From: Enterococcus cecorum
GTDB taxonomy: Bacteria; Bacillota; Bacilli; Lactobacillales; Enterococcaceae
Reading direction: 5' to 3'
Length of the DNA stretch: 64,000 nt
Assembly (NCBI RefSeq): GCF_052119425.1
Contig: NZ_JBQKFH010000011.1
Location: forward strand, 3,155-67,154
A program made the position numbers and the translations under genes. The notes beneath the pieces were generated by a model that was given only the letters and a program-made list of their open reading frames with translations, did not search any database and had not been told where the DNA came from. Position 1 is the first letter of the stretch, and every line of letters starts with the position of its first letter. This document shows positions 29,938-39,492 of this stretch, in pieces.

Positions 29938-30984
29938 ATGATTGAATTAGGAATTTCTACTTTTGGTGAAACAACCCCTATTGAACATACCGGCGAAGTA
30001 TTATCCCACGATCAACGCATTCGCAATATGATTAAAGAAATCGAGCTTGCCGATCAAGTCGGATTAGACATTTATGCCGTTGGTGAACATCACCGCAAAG
30101 ATTTTGCCGTCTCTGCTCCTGAAATTATTCTAGCTGCAGGTGCCGTGAATACGAAACATATCAAGCTATCGAGCGCCACCACAAACATTTCGCCCAACGA
30201 TCCCGTGCGCGTATTTCAAAATTTTGCAACAGTGGACGCTTTATCCAATGGTCGTGCAGAAATCATGCTTGGTCGCGGCTCATTTATCGAATCTTTCCCA
30301 TTATTTGGTTATAACTTAGAAGATTATGAGGAATTATTCAATGAAAAATTAGCCATGATGCTAGAATTGAACAAAGGTGAAATACTGACATGGAAAGGAG
30401 ATTTCACGCAAACAGTTGATCATCGGGGAGTCTATCCGCGTCCCGTTAATGGGAAGTTACCATTATGGGTAGCGACAGGCGGCTCACCAGATTCAACCTT
30501 ACGTATCGCAAGTCTAGGCTTACCGATTGTTTATGCGATTATCGGAGGCAATCCAATGCATTTTAAACCATTAATTGATTACTATCATCGCGTGGGGAAA
30601 GCTTACCATCATCCTGCTGAAAACTTAAAAGTCGCCGCACATTCTTGGGGATTTGTGAAGGAAAATCATGAGGAGGCCATCGAGCAATATTTCCATCCTA
30701 CGAAAACTTTAACCGATCAATTGGCTATGGAACGTCCACATTGGCAAGAAATGACAAAAGAACAATATCTACAAGCTGTTTCCGATGAAGGGGCGATGTT
30801 TGTCGGTAATGTTGAACATGTCGCGAACAAAATCATTCGTATCATGGAAACCCTTGGCCTAGAGCGCTTTATGCTGCATCTGCCGGTTGGTTCGATTCCT
30901 CATGAAGATACCATGCACGCGATTAAATTATATGGTGAGGAAGTCGCTCCTCGTGTAAGACACTATTTTGAGAAGAAAATCTAA
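29938..30984 (+). CDS. LLM-class flavin-dependent oxidoreductase (luciferase-like monooxygenase)
   Basis: 348 aa, TIM-barrel LLM features; divergent from the HxlR regulator gene, which is a common pairing. Confidence 0.75.
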   Translation: MIELGISTFGETTPIEHTGEVLSHDQRIRNMIKEIELADQVGLDIYAVGEHHRKDFAVSAPEIILAAGAVNTKHIKLSSATTNISPNDPVRVFQNFATVDALSNGRAEIMLGRGSFIESFPLFGYNLEDYEELFNEKLAMMLELNKGEILTWKGDFTQTVDHRGVYPRPVNGKLPLWVATGGSPDSTLRIASLGLPIVYAIIGGNPMHFKPLIDYYHRVGKAYHHPAENLKVAAHSWGFVKENHEEAIEQYFHPTKTLTDQLAMERPHWQEMTKEQYLQAVSDEGAMFVGNVEHVANKIIRIMETLGLERFMLHLPVGSIPHEDTMHAIKLYGEEVAPRVRHYFEKKI

Positions 30985-31039
30985 GAAATAAAATAAAAAT
31001 TTATGTTTTCATTTGAATTTTTTCTAAGCTTTTGCGACA

Positions 31040-31315
31040 ATGAAGAAAACAGTTACCATAGGAGTTTATACGATTATTATGAGTAAAATCCATCGTCTCA
31101 GTCAAGTGGCTGCCTTTATCTTTTTGTTAGTCGCACTTAGTTCATTTTTACTTGTGTATGCCCCACTTCGCAGTATCGATGGGGATAAACAAAATTTGAT
31201 TTTCTGGCTTGATTATGGGCTAATCATTTACCGCATCGGCATCTTCTCTTTGTGCCTAGCTGTATTTAGCCAACTTATCAGCCTGTTAAGCAAAAAAAGT
31301 GAAGCAACACAATAA
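31040..31315 (+). CDS. Small membrane protein, hypothetical
   Basis: 91 aa, 2-3 predicted TM segments; the start is uncertain (weak SD). Confidence 0.35.
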   Translation: MKKTVTIGVYTIIMSKIHRLSQVAAFIFLLVALSSFLLVYAPLRSIDGDKQNLIFWLDYGLIIYRIGIFSLCLAVFSQLISLLSKKSEATQ

Positions 31316-31336
31316 ACATGTTGCTTCACTTTTTGT
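31291..31336. terminator. Bidirectional terminator (small membrane protein gene / copA)
   Basis: A7-AGTGAAGCAACA...TGTTGCTTCACT-TTTT; perfect 12-bp stem. Confidence 0.65.
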
Positions 31337-33786
31337 TATCCTTTAAATCTTTTTAGACGTAGGGCATTTAATAATACTGAGACGGAACTAAAACTCATCG
31401 CCGCACCTGCTAACATCGGGTTAAGCAAAGGGCCACCGAATAAGTGTAATACCCCCATCGCTACCGGAATTCCTAAAACATTATACGCAAAAGCCCAGAA
31501 TAAGTTTTCTTTGATATTGCGCATGGTAGCTTTACTCAAACGTAAGGCTGAAACGACACCATTTAAATCTCCGCGCATCAAAACGATATCGGCAGACTCA
31601 ATGGCAATATCCGTACCTGTACCTATTGCGATACCAACATTTGCTTGGGCTAAAGCTGGGGCGTCATTAATGCCATCGCCAACCATCGCCACTTTTTTCC
31701 CTTGTGCTTGTAATTCTTGAATCACTTGTGACTTTTGATCTGGTAACACTTGGCTAATCACCTGCGTAATACCGGCTTGTTTGGCAATCGCTTGGGCAGT
31801 CTGTTCATTATCACCGGTTAACATCACAACTTCTAAGCCCATTTTTTGCAAGGCTTGAATCGCTTGAGGACTGCTTGTTTTGACCGGATCACTCACCGCA
31901 ATAAGTCCAATCAATTCTCCTTGGCTTGCGACATACATCACCGTATTGCCCTGGCTAGATAATTGAGCCACTTGAGCTTGCACCGCTTCAATTTCGATAT
32001 CAAAACTTTGCATGAGTTTTTCATTTCCTAATAGGACTTGTTTTTCATCGACTTTGGCTTGAATCCCTTGACCAGTCACGGTATGCACTTCAAAAGCTTG
32101 TCCAAGAGTGATCTGTGCCTCTTTGGCTGCTTGTAAAATGGCTTGAGCTAATGGGTGTTCTGAGCGTTTTTCGACACTGGCTGCTAAATAAAGCATTTCT
32201 TCAGTTGTGAAATTGGCAAAAGTTTGGATGTCGCGGACTTCTGGTTGACCTTTTGTAATCGTGCCAGTTTTATCAAGGACAATGGTTTGGATTTCTTGAG
32301 CAGTTTCTAGTGCTTCCCCATTTTTAAAGAGGACTCCTAGTTGTGCGCCTTTTCCAGTACCGACCATAATTGCCGTTGGAGTCGCCAAGCCCAATGCACA
32401 TGGACATGCAATGACTAAAACGGAAATCATAATCGTTAAAGCAAACACTAAACCAGAGTGACCAAAAATCAACCAAGCAAGCCCGGCTAAAATGGCCAAG
32501 CTCATCACCACGGGAACAAAAATCGCTGAAACTTGATCGGCTAATTTAGCAATCGGTGCCTTGGTGCCTTGTGCTTCTTCAACTAATTGAACGATTTGTG
32601 AAAGGGTGGTATCTTCGCCGACTTTGGTTGCTTTAAATTGGAAGCTCCCTGTCTTATTAATGGAAGCACCAATAACAGTATCGCCCACTTGTTTTTCTAC
32701 AGGCATGCTTTCTCCGGTCAACATCGATTCATCCACCGTACTTTGACCTTCTGTAATCACGCCATCGACTGGGATACGTTCTCCTGGTTTGACTAAAATG
32801 ACATCTCCTACTGCCACTTGTGCGATATCGACTAATTTTTCTTTACCATCTTTCAAAACAACTGCTTTTTTCGGTGCTAAAGCTAATAATTCCTTGATAG
32901 CTTCCGAAGTTTTGCCTTTACTGATGGCTTCAAACGTTTTACCAAGCGTAATCAACGTCAAAATAACCGCTGCCGACTCATAATATAAATGCATGGCAAA
33001 TTCCACTTGACCTTGATACACGGCAAATGTACCAACTAAACTATAGATAAAAGCGGCACTCGTTCCTAATGCGACCAAAGAATCCATATTCGGATGGCCC
33101 TTAAATAACATCTTAAAACCATTTAGATAAAAAGAGCGGCCAAAGTACAACACTGGCAAGGTTAAAACCAACTGCGCTGTCACAAAAGCAATCGGTGAGG
33201 TACTTGGATGAAGAAAACCAGGTAGTGGCAAGCCAACCATGTGTCCCATCGATAAATATAATAAAGGTGCCGTAAAGACTAATGAAAGAAAGAACCTACG
33301 CCACATTTGTTTAATAGCTGCTTGTTTTTCTTGCGCTAATTTTTCTTCATCGTCTTTTTTTAAGATAAACGCTTGATAGCCTGCTTCTTTGACCGCTTGC
33401 ATGATTTCATTAGCTGTTAGTTCTTGATGATTATACTCAATATTTAATTTTTCCGTAGCTAAGTTCACATTGGCACTGGCAACCCCAGGTAAATTACGGG
33501 TCGCTTGCTCAATTTTGGCCGCACAAGATGCACAGCCCATCCCTTGAATCCCAAACACTTCTGTATCGCTTGGTTTAACTAATTCAAAACCGATTCCCTT
33601 CACCGCTTGCGCCATATCATCGACATTGACTTGGTTTTGTTCATAATCAACGGTTAGCTTTTCGCTGGCTAAATTCACATTGGCCCTCTTTACTCCCGGC
33701 AAGGCTTTAATCGTGCGTTCGACATTTTGCGCACACGAAGCACAGTGCATGCCTTTAATTGGATAAGTTGCCTGACTCATAAACAT
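31336..33786 (-). CDS. copA: Copper-translocating P1B-type ATPase with two N-terminal heavy-metal-associated (HMA) domains
   Basis: GMHCASCA and GMGCASCA metal-binding motifs, CPC ([11 protein letters not shown]), DKTGT phosphorylation site, GDGINDAP. Confidence 0.9.
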   Translation of the reverse strand: MFMSQATYPIKGMHCASCAQNVERTIKALPGVKRANVNLASEKLTVDYEQNQVNVDDMAQAVKGIGFELVKPSDTEVFGIQGMGCASCAAKIEQATRNLPGVASANVNLATEKLNIEYNHQELTANEIMQAVKEAGYQAFILKKDDEEKLAQEKQAAIKQMWRRFFLSLVFTAPLLYLSMGHMVGLPLPGFLHPSTSPIAFVTAQLVLTLPVLYFGRSFYLNGFKMLFKGHPNMDSLVALGTSAAFIYSLVGTFAVYQGQVEFAMHLYYESAAVILTLITLGKTFEAISKGKTSEAIKELLALAPKKAVVLKDGKEKLVDIAQVAVGDVILVKPGERIPVDGVITEGQSTVDESMLTGESMPVEKQVGDTVIGASINKTGSFQFKATKVGEDTTLSQIVQLVEEAQGTKAPIAKLADQVSAIFVPVVMSLAILAGLAWLIFGHSGLVFALTIMISVLVIACPCALGLATPTAIMVGTGKGAQLGVLFKNGEALETAQEIQTIVLDKTGTITKGQPEVRDIQTFANFTTEEMLYLAASVEKRSEHPLAQAILQAAKEAQITLGQAFEVHTVTGQGIQAKVDEKQVLLGNEKLMQSFDIEIEAVQAQVAQLSSQGNTVMYVASQGELIGLIAVSDPVKTSSPQAIQALQKMGLEVVMLTGDNEQTAQAIAKQAGITQVISQVLPDQKSQVIQELQAQGKKVAMVGDGINDAPALAQANVGIAIGTGTDIAIESADIVLMRGDLNGVVSALRLSKATMRNIKENLFWAFAYNVLGIPVAMGVLHLFGGPLLNPMLAGAAMSFSSVSVLLNALRLKRFKG

Positions 33787-33834
33787 CCCTCACAATCTAT
33801 ATTTGCTTGCAAACAACTTGCAAGTTATTTCGTC

Positions 33835-33844
33835 TACATTTGTA
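33835..33844. promoter_or_regulatory. Candidate CopY-type cop box (TACAnnTGTA), about 50 bp upstream of copA
   Basis: Exact TACATTTGTA. A nearby looser palindrome TACAACTATAGTGTA (33853-33867). Putative minus-strand promoter TTGCAA-16-TATAGA (-35 at 33813-33818, -10 at 33791-33796) lies between the box and the copA start. Confidence 0.4.
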
Positions 33845-34048
33845 ATCAACTTACAACTATAGTGTACGCATCTAGGGTTCATTCGTCAATCATTTTTGCT
33901 TGATTTTTATGAAAAATGGCTATACTGTTTGACAAGCCAAGTGATTCTCATTTGAAAAAAATCGCTTACATGTTATACTTAAGCTAGTAGAGGAAGTCAG
34001 GCAGGAAAATAGTTGTTAAGCTTACGAAAAATGAAAGGTGTGAGCACA

Positions 34049-34165
34049 ATGATGATGTATACTCATTTATTACCGTTGCTAAGTTTTATATTTGGACTCG
34101 TTCCCATCGCTTTACAAGTCGTGATGTGCGTATTACTATACAAAATCTGGCAGAAAATGAAATAA
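34049..34165 (+). CDS. Unannotated 38-aa hydrophobic peptide (MMMYTHLLPLLSFIFGLVPIALQVVMCVLLYKIWQKMK)
   Basis: AAAGGTG SD 7 nt upstream of the ATG; one TM helix with a basic C-terminus; followed immediately by a strong terminator. Confidence 0.35.
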   Translation: MMMYTHLLPLLSFIFGLVPIALQVVMCVLLYKIWQKMK

Positions 34166-34210
34166 AAAAATAGGCTCGTCTAGCTATTGAAACTAGATGA
34201 GCCTTTTTTA
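34165..34210. terminator. Bidirectional terminator
   Basis: A6-GGCTCGTCTAG...CTAGATGAGCC-T7. Confidence 0.6.
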
Positions 34211-34561
34211 TTTTGTTTCACTAGACCACTCAAAGCCGTCAAATTGTTCGCCGTCATAATATTTCAGCAATTCTTCATAGCTAAGTAACGAAGAAGTCAT
34301 CGGTTCTTCTTCTAAATCTTGGGCATATAATTTACGTTGCTCCTCGACATAAGCATAATACTGCTCCATCAAGGCTTTATTGAGTTCGCGCTTGGAGTTG
34401 GCCATGGCTTGCATATAGGGGAATTCTTGGATAAATCCTTGATAGACAGGCTTGCCATCTTGAACTTCTACAGGTAATTCGACAATATGTAAATCAATTT
34501 CTGAAAAATGTTCGAACATCACTTTCACCTCAAAACCATTATACACAAAACTCTTGCGCAA
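34208..34561 (-). CDS. Hypothetical cytoplasmic protein (possible HicB/UPF0150-like fold)
   Basis: The ORF-track start is a TTG abutting the upstream stop (TAATTG). An alternative ATG at 34519 (MFEHF) has a GAGGTG SD. Residues FEVKVMFEH..HIVELP...ELNKAL show a weak pattern similarity to HicB-like antitoxins. Confidence 0.4.
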   Translation of the reverse strand: MRKSFVYNGFEVKVMFEHFSEIDLHIVELPVEVQDGKPVYQGFIQEFPYMQAMANSKRELNKALMEQYYAYVEEQRKLYAQDLEEEPMTSSLLSYEELLKYYDGEQFDGFEWSSETK

Positions 34562-35332
34562 TTATAGACTATGATGGCGTCTTGCTTGGCGTGAAATCGT
34601 CGGAACTTCCTTGACCACTTGATTTTTGGCCATTAATTTTAATTGATAAGGTTCGTGGAAAAGTTGACCATTCATATAAAAATCGCCACCAGATAAGAAT
34701 AATCCCACTGGTTTCAATTCCTCCTCCTCGTTTAGGCGAATCATTCCGACTTCAAATAAACGTTGATAACTCGATCCGATGCGCACTACATATTCTTTTT
34801 GTCCGACTTGGGCCAAATCATAAAATGGAAAGAGTGTATTTTTTTCCAATGCATACCCTTGTTGCTGCTTGATAAAAGGCTCAGCAAGTGGCAATTGTTT
34901 GGTTTGGATACATTGTTCAACCACTTGATTGACTAGGAGTTGATAATCTTTGCCAAAGTGAATCGGTACTTGCATTAAGTCTAATTCGCCGGCAAAAGCA
35001 TTATTTTTCTTAGAGCTGCTCGTTTGTATATTCAGCGCATCCTCTGGTAAATATTTGGCGAAAAGTTGCGTCACATCGTATTTAGAATTTTTATCCAGAA
35101 AATAATAAAAACTATTCAATACGATAAAATAAACCAAAACTAAAAAGACTAGGCTATATAAAAGCATTTGCAGATAGTGTTGATTTAAAAACAAGCCATA
35201 AATAATCCGCAAAATATACAAGGTCGGAAAAATACTAAGAATCGTATACGCGCGATTTAAATATTTGGGACTGATTTCCAAATAACCTAGAAACTTATGA
35301 AAAGAACTAATTAAATCAATTAATAATGTCAA
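34562..35332 (-). CDS. Hypothetical membrane protein (N-terminal TM helices plus a 180-aa soluble domain)
   Basis: 256-aa ORF in tandem with the flanking hypothetical genes; no recognisable motif. Confidence 0.45.
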   Translation of the reverse strand: MTLLIDLISSFHKFLGYLEISPKYLNRAYTILSIFPTLYILRIIYGLFLNQHYLQMLLYSLVFLVLVYFIVLNSFYYFLDKNSKYDVTQLFAKYLPEDALNIQTSSSKKNNAFAGELDLMQVPIHFGKDYQLLVNQVVEQCIQTKQLPLAEPFIKQQQGYALEKNTLFPFYDLAQVGQKEYVVRIGSSYQRLFEVGMIRLNEEEELKPVGLFLSGGDFYMNGQLFHEPYQLKLMAKNQVVKEVPTISRQARRHHSL

Positions 35333-35345
35333 TTTCGTTCACCTC

Positions 35346-35804
35346 TTAGGACTGACTGGCTTCATTCGCATTTGCTTGCGTGTCTGTTTGGGGCTTTTCT
35401 TGTGTGCTACTCGTTGATTCTTGGGTCTTTTCTTGGTCGCTTTCAGTCTTATTTTGATTGTCTTGATTGGTATTTTGGTTATTGGTATTTTGATTTTGTT
35501 TCTCTTCTGTTGCGTTATTTTGACTCTCGGTATCTTGACTGGTTGTCGTCTGCGCTTTATCAGTGGTTTGGTCTTTTTTTGTCGGTGTACTTTCCGTCGA
35601 ACTAGTTGTTGTTTGCGTTTTTTCTTCTTTTGTCGTACTCGTTTTTGGCGTGGAAACAACCGTGCTCGTAGTCGTTGTACTCGTTGGTGTTTTTACGCTT
35701 GGTTGACGGTAACTTTCACTATTGATAATTCCCGTTGTGGTCGCAATTAATACCGATAAAGTTAAGACGGCAATAGGTTTTACAATCGGCGCTACTTTCT
35801 TCAA
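35346..35804 (-). CDS. Secreted low-complexity Thr/Ser/Gln/Asn-rich protein
   Basis: TTG start with AGAGGGAAAGG upstream; signal peptide MKKVAPIVKPIAVLTLSVLIATTTGIINS; the mature part is about 75% T/S/Q/N/E/K. Confidence 0.5.
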   Translation of the reverse strand: MKKVAPIVKPIAVLTLSVLIATTTGIINSESYRQPSVKTPTSTTTTSTVVSTPKTSTTKEEKTQTTTSSTESTPTKKDQTTDKAQTTTSQDTESQNNATEEKQNQNTNNQNTNQDNQNKTESDQEKTQESTSSTQEKPQTDTQANANEASQS

Positions 35805-35933
35805 AGCCTTTCCCTCTCTTCTTTGATTTCTTATTCTTTATACGCCGATTTGCTGAAACTTTCAATAAGTCCGCCTAAAACTTAGCCAACTTTTAAGAGT
35901 CTTAAGATTAACTTTACTTTTGTGAATTTTGCA

Positions 35934-35964
35934 TGAAAAAAGCACCGGCGCAATTACCGATGCT
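35934..35964 (-). terminator. Terminator for the relE/parE-like gene
   Basis: On the minus strand: GCAUCGG-uaauugcg-CCGGUGC-U6. Confidence 0.5.
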
Positions 35965-35978
35965 CTTGATGTTTGCCC

Positions 35979-36299
35979 TTATTTCAATTGATTCACTACG
36001 TCCTGTCTCTTATTCAATATACGGACAACAAGAATTTGAGATTTTATTTTTATTAATTTGTAAAAGACGATATAGCTTTTCACATTAAAATATCTCAATC
36101 CTAAAGATGTCCACGGCTCATCAGGAAACACAGGATATCTTTCTGGAAATATTCTTAACTTTTCGATTGCAGAAATAATGGATAATACGTACCTACTAGC
36201 ATATTCTTTTGAAGAGTAAAAAGTTAAATACTCTTTAATATTTATCAAATCATTATCCGCTTCTTTTGAGTATACAATATTCCAATAAACTGAGCTCAT
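35979..36299 (-). CDS. Type II toxin, RelE/ParE family
   Basis: MSSVYWNIVYS...VVRILNKRQDV C-terminal signature. Start re-called at 36299, which has a GAGGAG SD; the upstream antitoxin stop lies 5 nt before it. Confidence 0.75.
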   Translation of the reverse strand: MSSVYWNIVYSKEADNDLINIKEYLTFYSSKEYASRYVLSIISAIEKLRIFPERYPVFPDEPWTSLGLRYFNVKSYIVFYKLIKIKSQILVVRILNKRQDVVNQLK

Positions 36300-36303
36300 C
36301 AAG

Positions 36304-36606
36304 TTACTCCTCAAATTTTGCCTTTACTTCTGCAACAGTTAAAACTCTACCCTTTTCATAATCATCCAAGCCTTTTTGAATTTCACGGTCAAAGGCTTCT
36401 TTGGTTAAGGAATCATAATTTACTGGTTTTTGCGGTAGTTTTATTTCAAATGGGATTCTCTGTTGATTCACCACTTGTTGTAAAAACATGCTTAACGCGG
36501 TTGACATTGGGATTTGTAGCTGTTCGAGAACTTTTTCCGCTTCTTCTTTTAATTCGGGCGTCACTCTGGTAAAAATACTAGCTGTTTTTTTTGATGATAC
36601 AGACAC
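36304..36606 (-). CDS. Type II antitoxin, RelB/DinJ family (ribbon-helix-helix)
   Basis: ASIFTRVTPELKEEAEKVLEQLQIPMSTALSMFLQQVVNQQRIPFEI closely parallels the E. coli DinJ N-terminal domain. Confidence 0.75.
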   Translation of the reverse strand: MSVSSKKTASIFTRVTPELKEEAEKVLEQLQIPMSTALSMFLQQVVNQQRIPFEIKLPQKPVNYDSLTKEAFDREIQKGLDDYEKGRVLTVAEVKAKFEE

Positions 36607-36654
36607 ACTTATCGCCTCTTTCTTTTCTTCTTACCGTAAATTTAACACAACAAA

Positions 36655-36696
36655 AAGCAAAAAAGCAATCATTTGATATACAAACGATTGCTTTTA
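36655..36696 (-). terminator. Terminator of the immunity-like gene
   Basis: A-run then AAGCAATC...GATTGCTT stem. Confidence 0.5.
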
Positions 36697-36752
36697 GTAA
36701 AAAGGATGTCAAGCAATGTACGATTCTTGCCTCACATCCTGTTATGATTCAT

Positions 36753-37106
36753 CTATCTTCTAATTGGCATATACTCGGTTAAATCATAGAACTGTGATTT
36801 ATCCACTGCATTGGCACGATATTGCCGATTGATACCCGCCTCATTAGCATAGTGGTTCAATTCGTTAATCAACCCTTCTTCTTGCGGTGTAAAATGTAAA
36901 CGAGCATCCACTGCGGTTAGATAAATATAGTTTACGAGCTTACTCACCAAAATCGGCGGAGAAGGATTGGTGTCGATTTTTTTGTAAACTTGCAAGAGAC
37001 AATCCGTAATATCTAACCATGATGTCGCTTGTTCTTCCTTCGTATGCGCAATTAGTAACTTATACAACTCATGTACCTTTTCTTTTACAGCTGATACTTC
37101 CATCAC
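36753..37106 (-). CDS. Class IIa bacteriocin immunity protein homolog (enterocin A immunity family), orphan
   Basis: VHELY...LVNYIYLTA..RLHFTPQEEGLINEL...AGINRQYRANAVDKSQF aligns along its length with my recollection of enterocin A immunity protein (..LVNYLYFTA..IRFTEYQEELIRNL..AGINGLYRADYGDKSQF). Confidence 0.65.
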   Translation of the reverse strand: MMEVSAVKEKVHELYKLLIAHTKEEQATSWLDITDCLLQVYKKIDTNPSPPILVSKLVNYIYLTAVDARLHFTPQEEGLINELNHYANEAGINRQYRANAVDKSQFYDLTEYMPIRR

Positions 37107-37376
37107 AAACCCCCCCCTCTTTAGCTATACTATCACTTCGAATTTCTTTGCTCACCCCATATTTAAGCGTTTACATTTTATCCGCTTAAAAAAGGAAAAT
37201 CAAAAATTCAGAATTTTCCCATACCCTTATTTTACTCCTATTTTACTATTTACTCAAGAGATAAGTATTGGTTTCCGATTGACATCCAGCTTAGTTAAAG
37301 TATGCTATAATAAGCTAGGCCATGTACCTCTAGTCAAGAGTATTCGTGGTACGTTCAGCAAAAGTGAGGCAATCCG

Positions 37377-37679
37377 ATGGAAGTTAACGAATTAATCAAC
37401 CGCAGTATTCAAATTAGACAACGTTACCATGAATTAGAACGCCAGCATCATGGCAGCGAATGGTCAGTTGAAGAAGATCTTTTAGCTCTCAGTAATGATA
37501 TTGGCAATCTCAATCGACTAGTGATGACCAAATTTGGCCGCTATTATGATGAGACACCCTATACTTTAGAACATAAATTAGCAGAAAATGTCTGGTGGTT
37601 AATTGAATTAGCGAATCGATTAGACATAGACATTGAACAAGAGCTCGAAAATTTTTTAACCGAAAAAGAACAATTATAA
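37377..37679 (+). CDS. MazG-like nucleotide pyrophosphohydrolase domain protein (small YpjD-like)
   Basis: 100 aa; EVNELINRSIQIRQRY...ENVWWLIELANRLDIDIE resembles the all-alpha NTP pyrophosphatase fold. Confidence 0.65.
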   Translation: MEVNELINRSIQIRQRYHELERQHHGSEWSVEEDLLALSNDIGNLNRLVMTKFGRYYDETPYTLEHKLAENVWWLIELANRLDIDIEQELENFLTEKEQL

Positions 37680-37730
37680 GCCAAAAAACGTTACTAACTC
37701 TCTCTTGAGCAGTAACGTTTTTGGGTTTCA

Positions 37731-38042
37731 TTATTTAAATTTTACAGCTGTACCGTAAGCAACCACGCTTTGCATCTCTTGCATGATTGAGCCGCTATCA
37801 AAGCGCATCATGACAACCGCATCGGCACCCATGGCTTTGGCGTTTTCTTTCAAACGTTCAACTGCTACTTCCCGTGATTCTTCTAACATCTTCGTATAGG
37901 CTCTGACTTCTCCACCAACTAGACTCTTCAAACTTGCGCCAATATCTGAAAAGGCGTTTTTCGATTGGGTTGTTAAGCCAAATACTTCGCCAATAATTTC
38001 ATATTCTTTTCCTGGAATTCTTTCTGTTGTTGTAACAATCAT
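37731..38042 (-). CDS. YbjQ/UPF0145 family protein
   Basis: 103 aa; [14 protein letters not shown]...[12 protein letters not shown]. Confidence 0.8.
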   Translation of the reverse strand: MIVTTTERIPGKEYEIIGEVFGLTTQSKNAFSDIGASLKSLVGGEVRAYTKMLEESREVAVERLKENAKAMGADAVVMMRFDSGSIMQEMQSVVAYGTAVKFK

Positions 38043-38044
38043 CT

Positions 38045-39472
38045 TTATTCTCCCTCTTCTTCTATCTTTTCTTTTACTTCTGGTTGTACTTTTTGTCCTT
38101 CAATCGCTGCAACAATTTCTTGATTAGCTTGTTTTCTAGACATCGTTTCATTGATTAAGTTCACTAAATCAAGGCCTGTGGTTTCTTTGATGGTTTCAAA
38201 GGTGCGAGCTAATCCTGCTTCTCCCATTTGATGAACACCATCGCCAGCTCCAAAGCTAACCACTTTATCGATATTGCTAATTGGCGCATTGACTTCTTTA
38301 GCAATGGCAGGTAAGACTTTGATAAATTCGACTAATACCCCAGCTTCGTTTAATTTTTGTAAAGCCAAGGCCATTTGTTCCTTGCTTTGCGCTTGTGCTT
38401 GACCGACTTTGGCAATCTTTTCGGCTTCAGCTTGCCCTAGTTTTTCAATTCTTTGGGCTTCAGCTTCGGCAGCTAATTTGATTTTTTCGGCTTCAGCTTG
38501 GGCATAGGCAATTTCTTGAGCTTTTTTCGCTAAGGCATTTTGTTCTACCACATATTTATCGGCTTCAGCTTTTTTACGAAGGGTTGCGGTTAATTCTTTT
38601 TCAGTTAATTCGGCTTGTTTTTCTTGAATTTCGATATTCTTTTCTTGTTCAATCAAACGAACCTTCATCTTTTCACCAACAGCCACTTGTTCTGCTTGTG
38701 CCACAGCTACTTCTTGTTCTTGTTTATAGTGCGCTTGTTTTAAGGCCATGTTTTTATTCGCTTCAGCAATTTCGGTTTTGCGGCGAATTTCTTCTTGTTG
38801 CGCCAATTGTTCGTTTTCGGCTTGTTTGATACGAGTTTCGCGCAACGCATTAGATTCTGCAATTTCAGCATTTTTCTTCACTTCGGCAATTTGTGGACGT
38901 CCCAAAGCATCTAAGTAACCATTTGGATCACTCACATCTTTAATGGTAAAGGAGACAATTTCTAGACCCATTTTTTGTAAGTCAGTAGATGCCACGGCTT
39001 GGACTTGTTCCGCAAAGTCATCACGGTTTTTGTAGATGGCTTCTACGGTCATAGTCCCTAAAATTGCACGTAAATGACCTTCCAATACTTCTTGTGCTTC
39101 ATCTTCTAGTTCAGCGGTTGATTTGCCTAAATATTGTTCAGCAGCTGTTTTAATCGCTTCGGTACTATTGCCCACTTTCACTAAAACGGTCGCACTGGCT
39201 TTGATTGGCACGCCTTGTTCGGTATAAACTTCTGGTGTGCCGATTTCTAATTTGTGGGTAAGTAAACTCAATTTATGCGCTTTTTGCACAATTGGAATTA
39301 CGAAAGTCCCACTGTTTTTTAAAATCTTGATGCCTTCTTTACCTAAGAATGAACCGGTTACAATCAAGGCTTCATCGGGTTTTCCTATACGATAACGGAC
39401 CATCAAGAAGATCACTAAAGCTAAAACAACAAATACAATCCAAAAAATCGGATTTCCCAAAAAACTAAACAT
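38045..39472 (-). CDS. floT: Flotillin-like SPFH/band-7 protein (FloT/YuaG-type)
   Basis: N-terminal TM segment, SPFH domain, long EA-rich coiled coil ([27 protein letters not shown]). Confidence 0.8.
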   Translation of the reverse strand: MFSFLGNPIFWIVFVVLALVIFLMVRYRIGKPDEALIVTGSFLGKEGIKILKNSGTFVIPIVQKAHKLSLLTHKLEIGTPEVYTEQGVPIKASATVLVKVGNSTEAIKTAAEQYLGKSTAELEDEAQEVLEGHLRAILGTMTVEAIYKNRDDFAEQVQAVASTDLQKMGLEIVSFTIKDVSDPNGYLDALGRPQIAEVKKNAEIAESNALRETRIKQAENEQLAQQEEIRRKTEIAEANKNMALKQAHYKQEQEVAVAQAEQVAVGEKMKVRLIEQEKNIEIQEKQAELTEKELTATLRKKAEADKYVVEQNALAKKAQEIAYAQAEAEKIKLAAEAEAQRIEKLGQAEAEKIAKVGQAQAQSKEQMALALQKLNEAGVLVEFIKVLPAIAKEVNAPISNIDKVVSFGAGDGVHQMGEAGLARTFETIKETTGLDLVNLINETMSRKQANQEIVAAIEGQKVQPEVKEKIEEEGE

Positions 39473-39492
39473 CTACACCACTTCTTTCTTTT

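Noticed and set aside
35339-35750. ORFs 35339..35659(-), 35372..35605(+) and 35421..35750(+), which overlap the S/T-rich gene
   Set aside because: They are alternative-frame read-throughs of low-complexity repetitive DNA (K/R-rich or L/F-rich nonsense). Only the frame with a signal peptide and an SD-preceded TTG start is plausible.
37107-37376. Searched for a class IIa bacteriocin structural gene (double-glycine leader) upstream of the immunity gene
   Set aside because: No ORF with a GG-leader or YGNGV motif on either strand; only very short ORFs without an SD. The immunity gene is an orphan.
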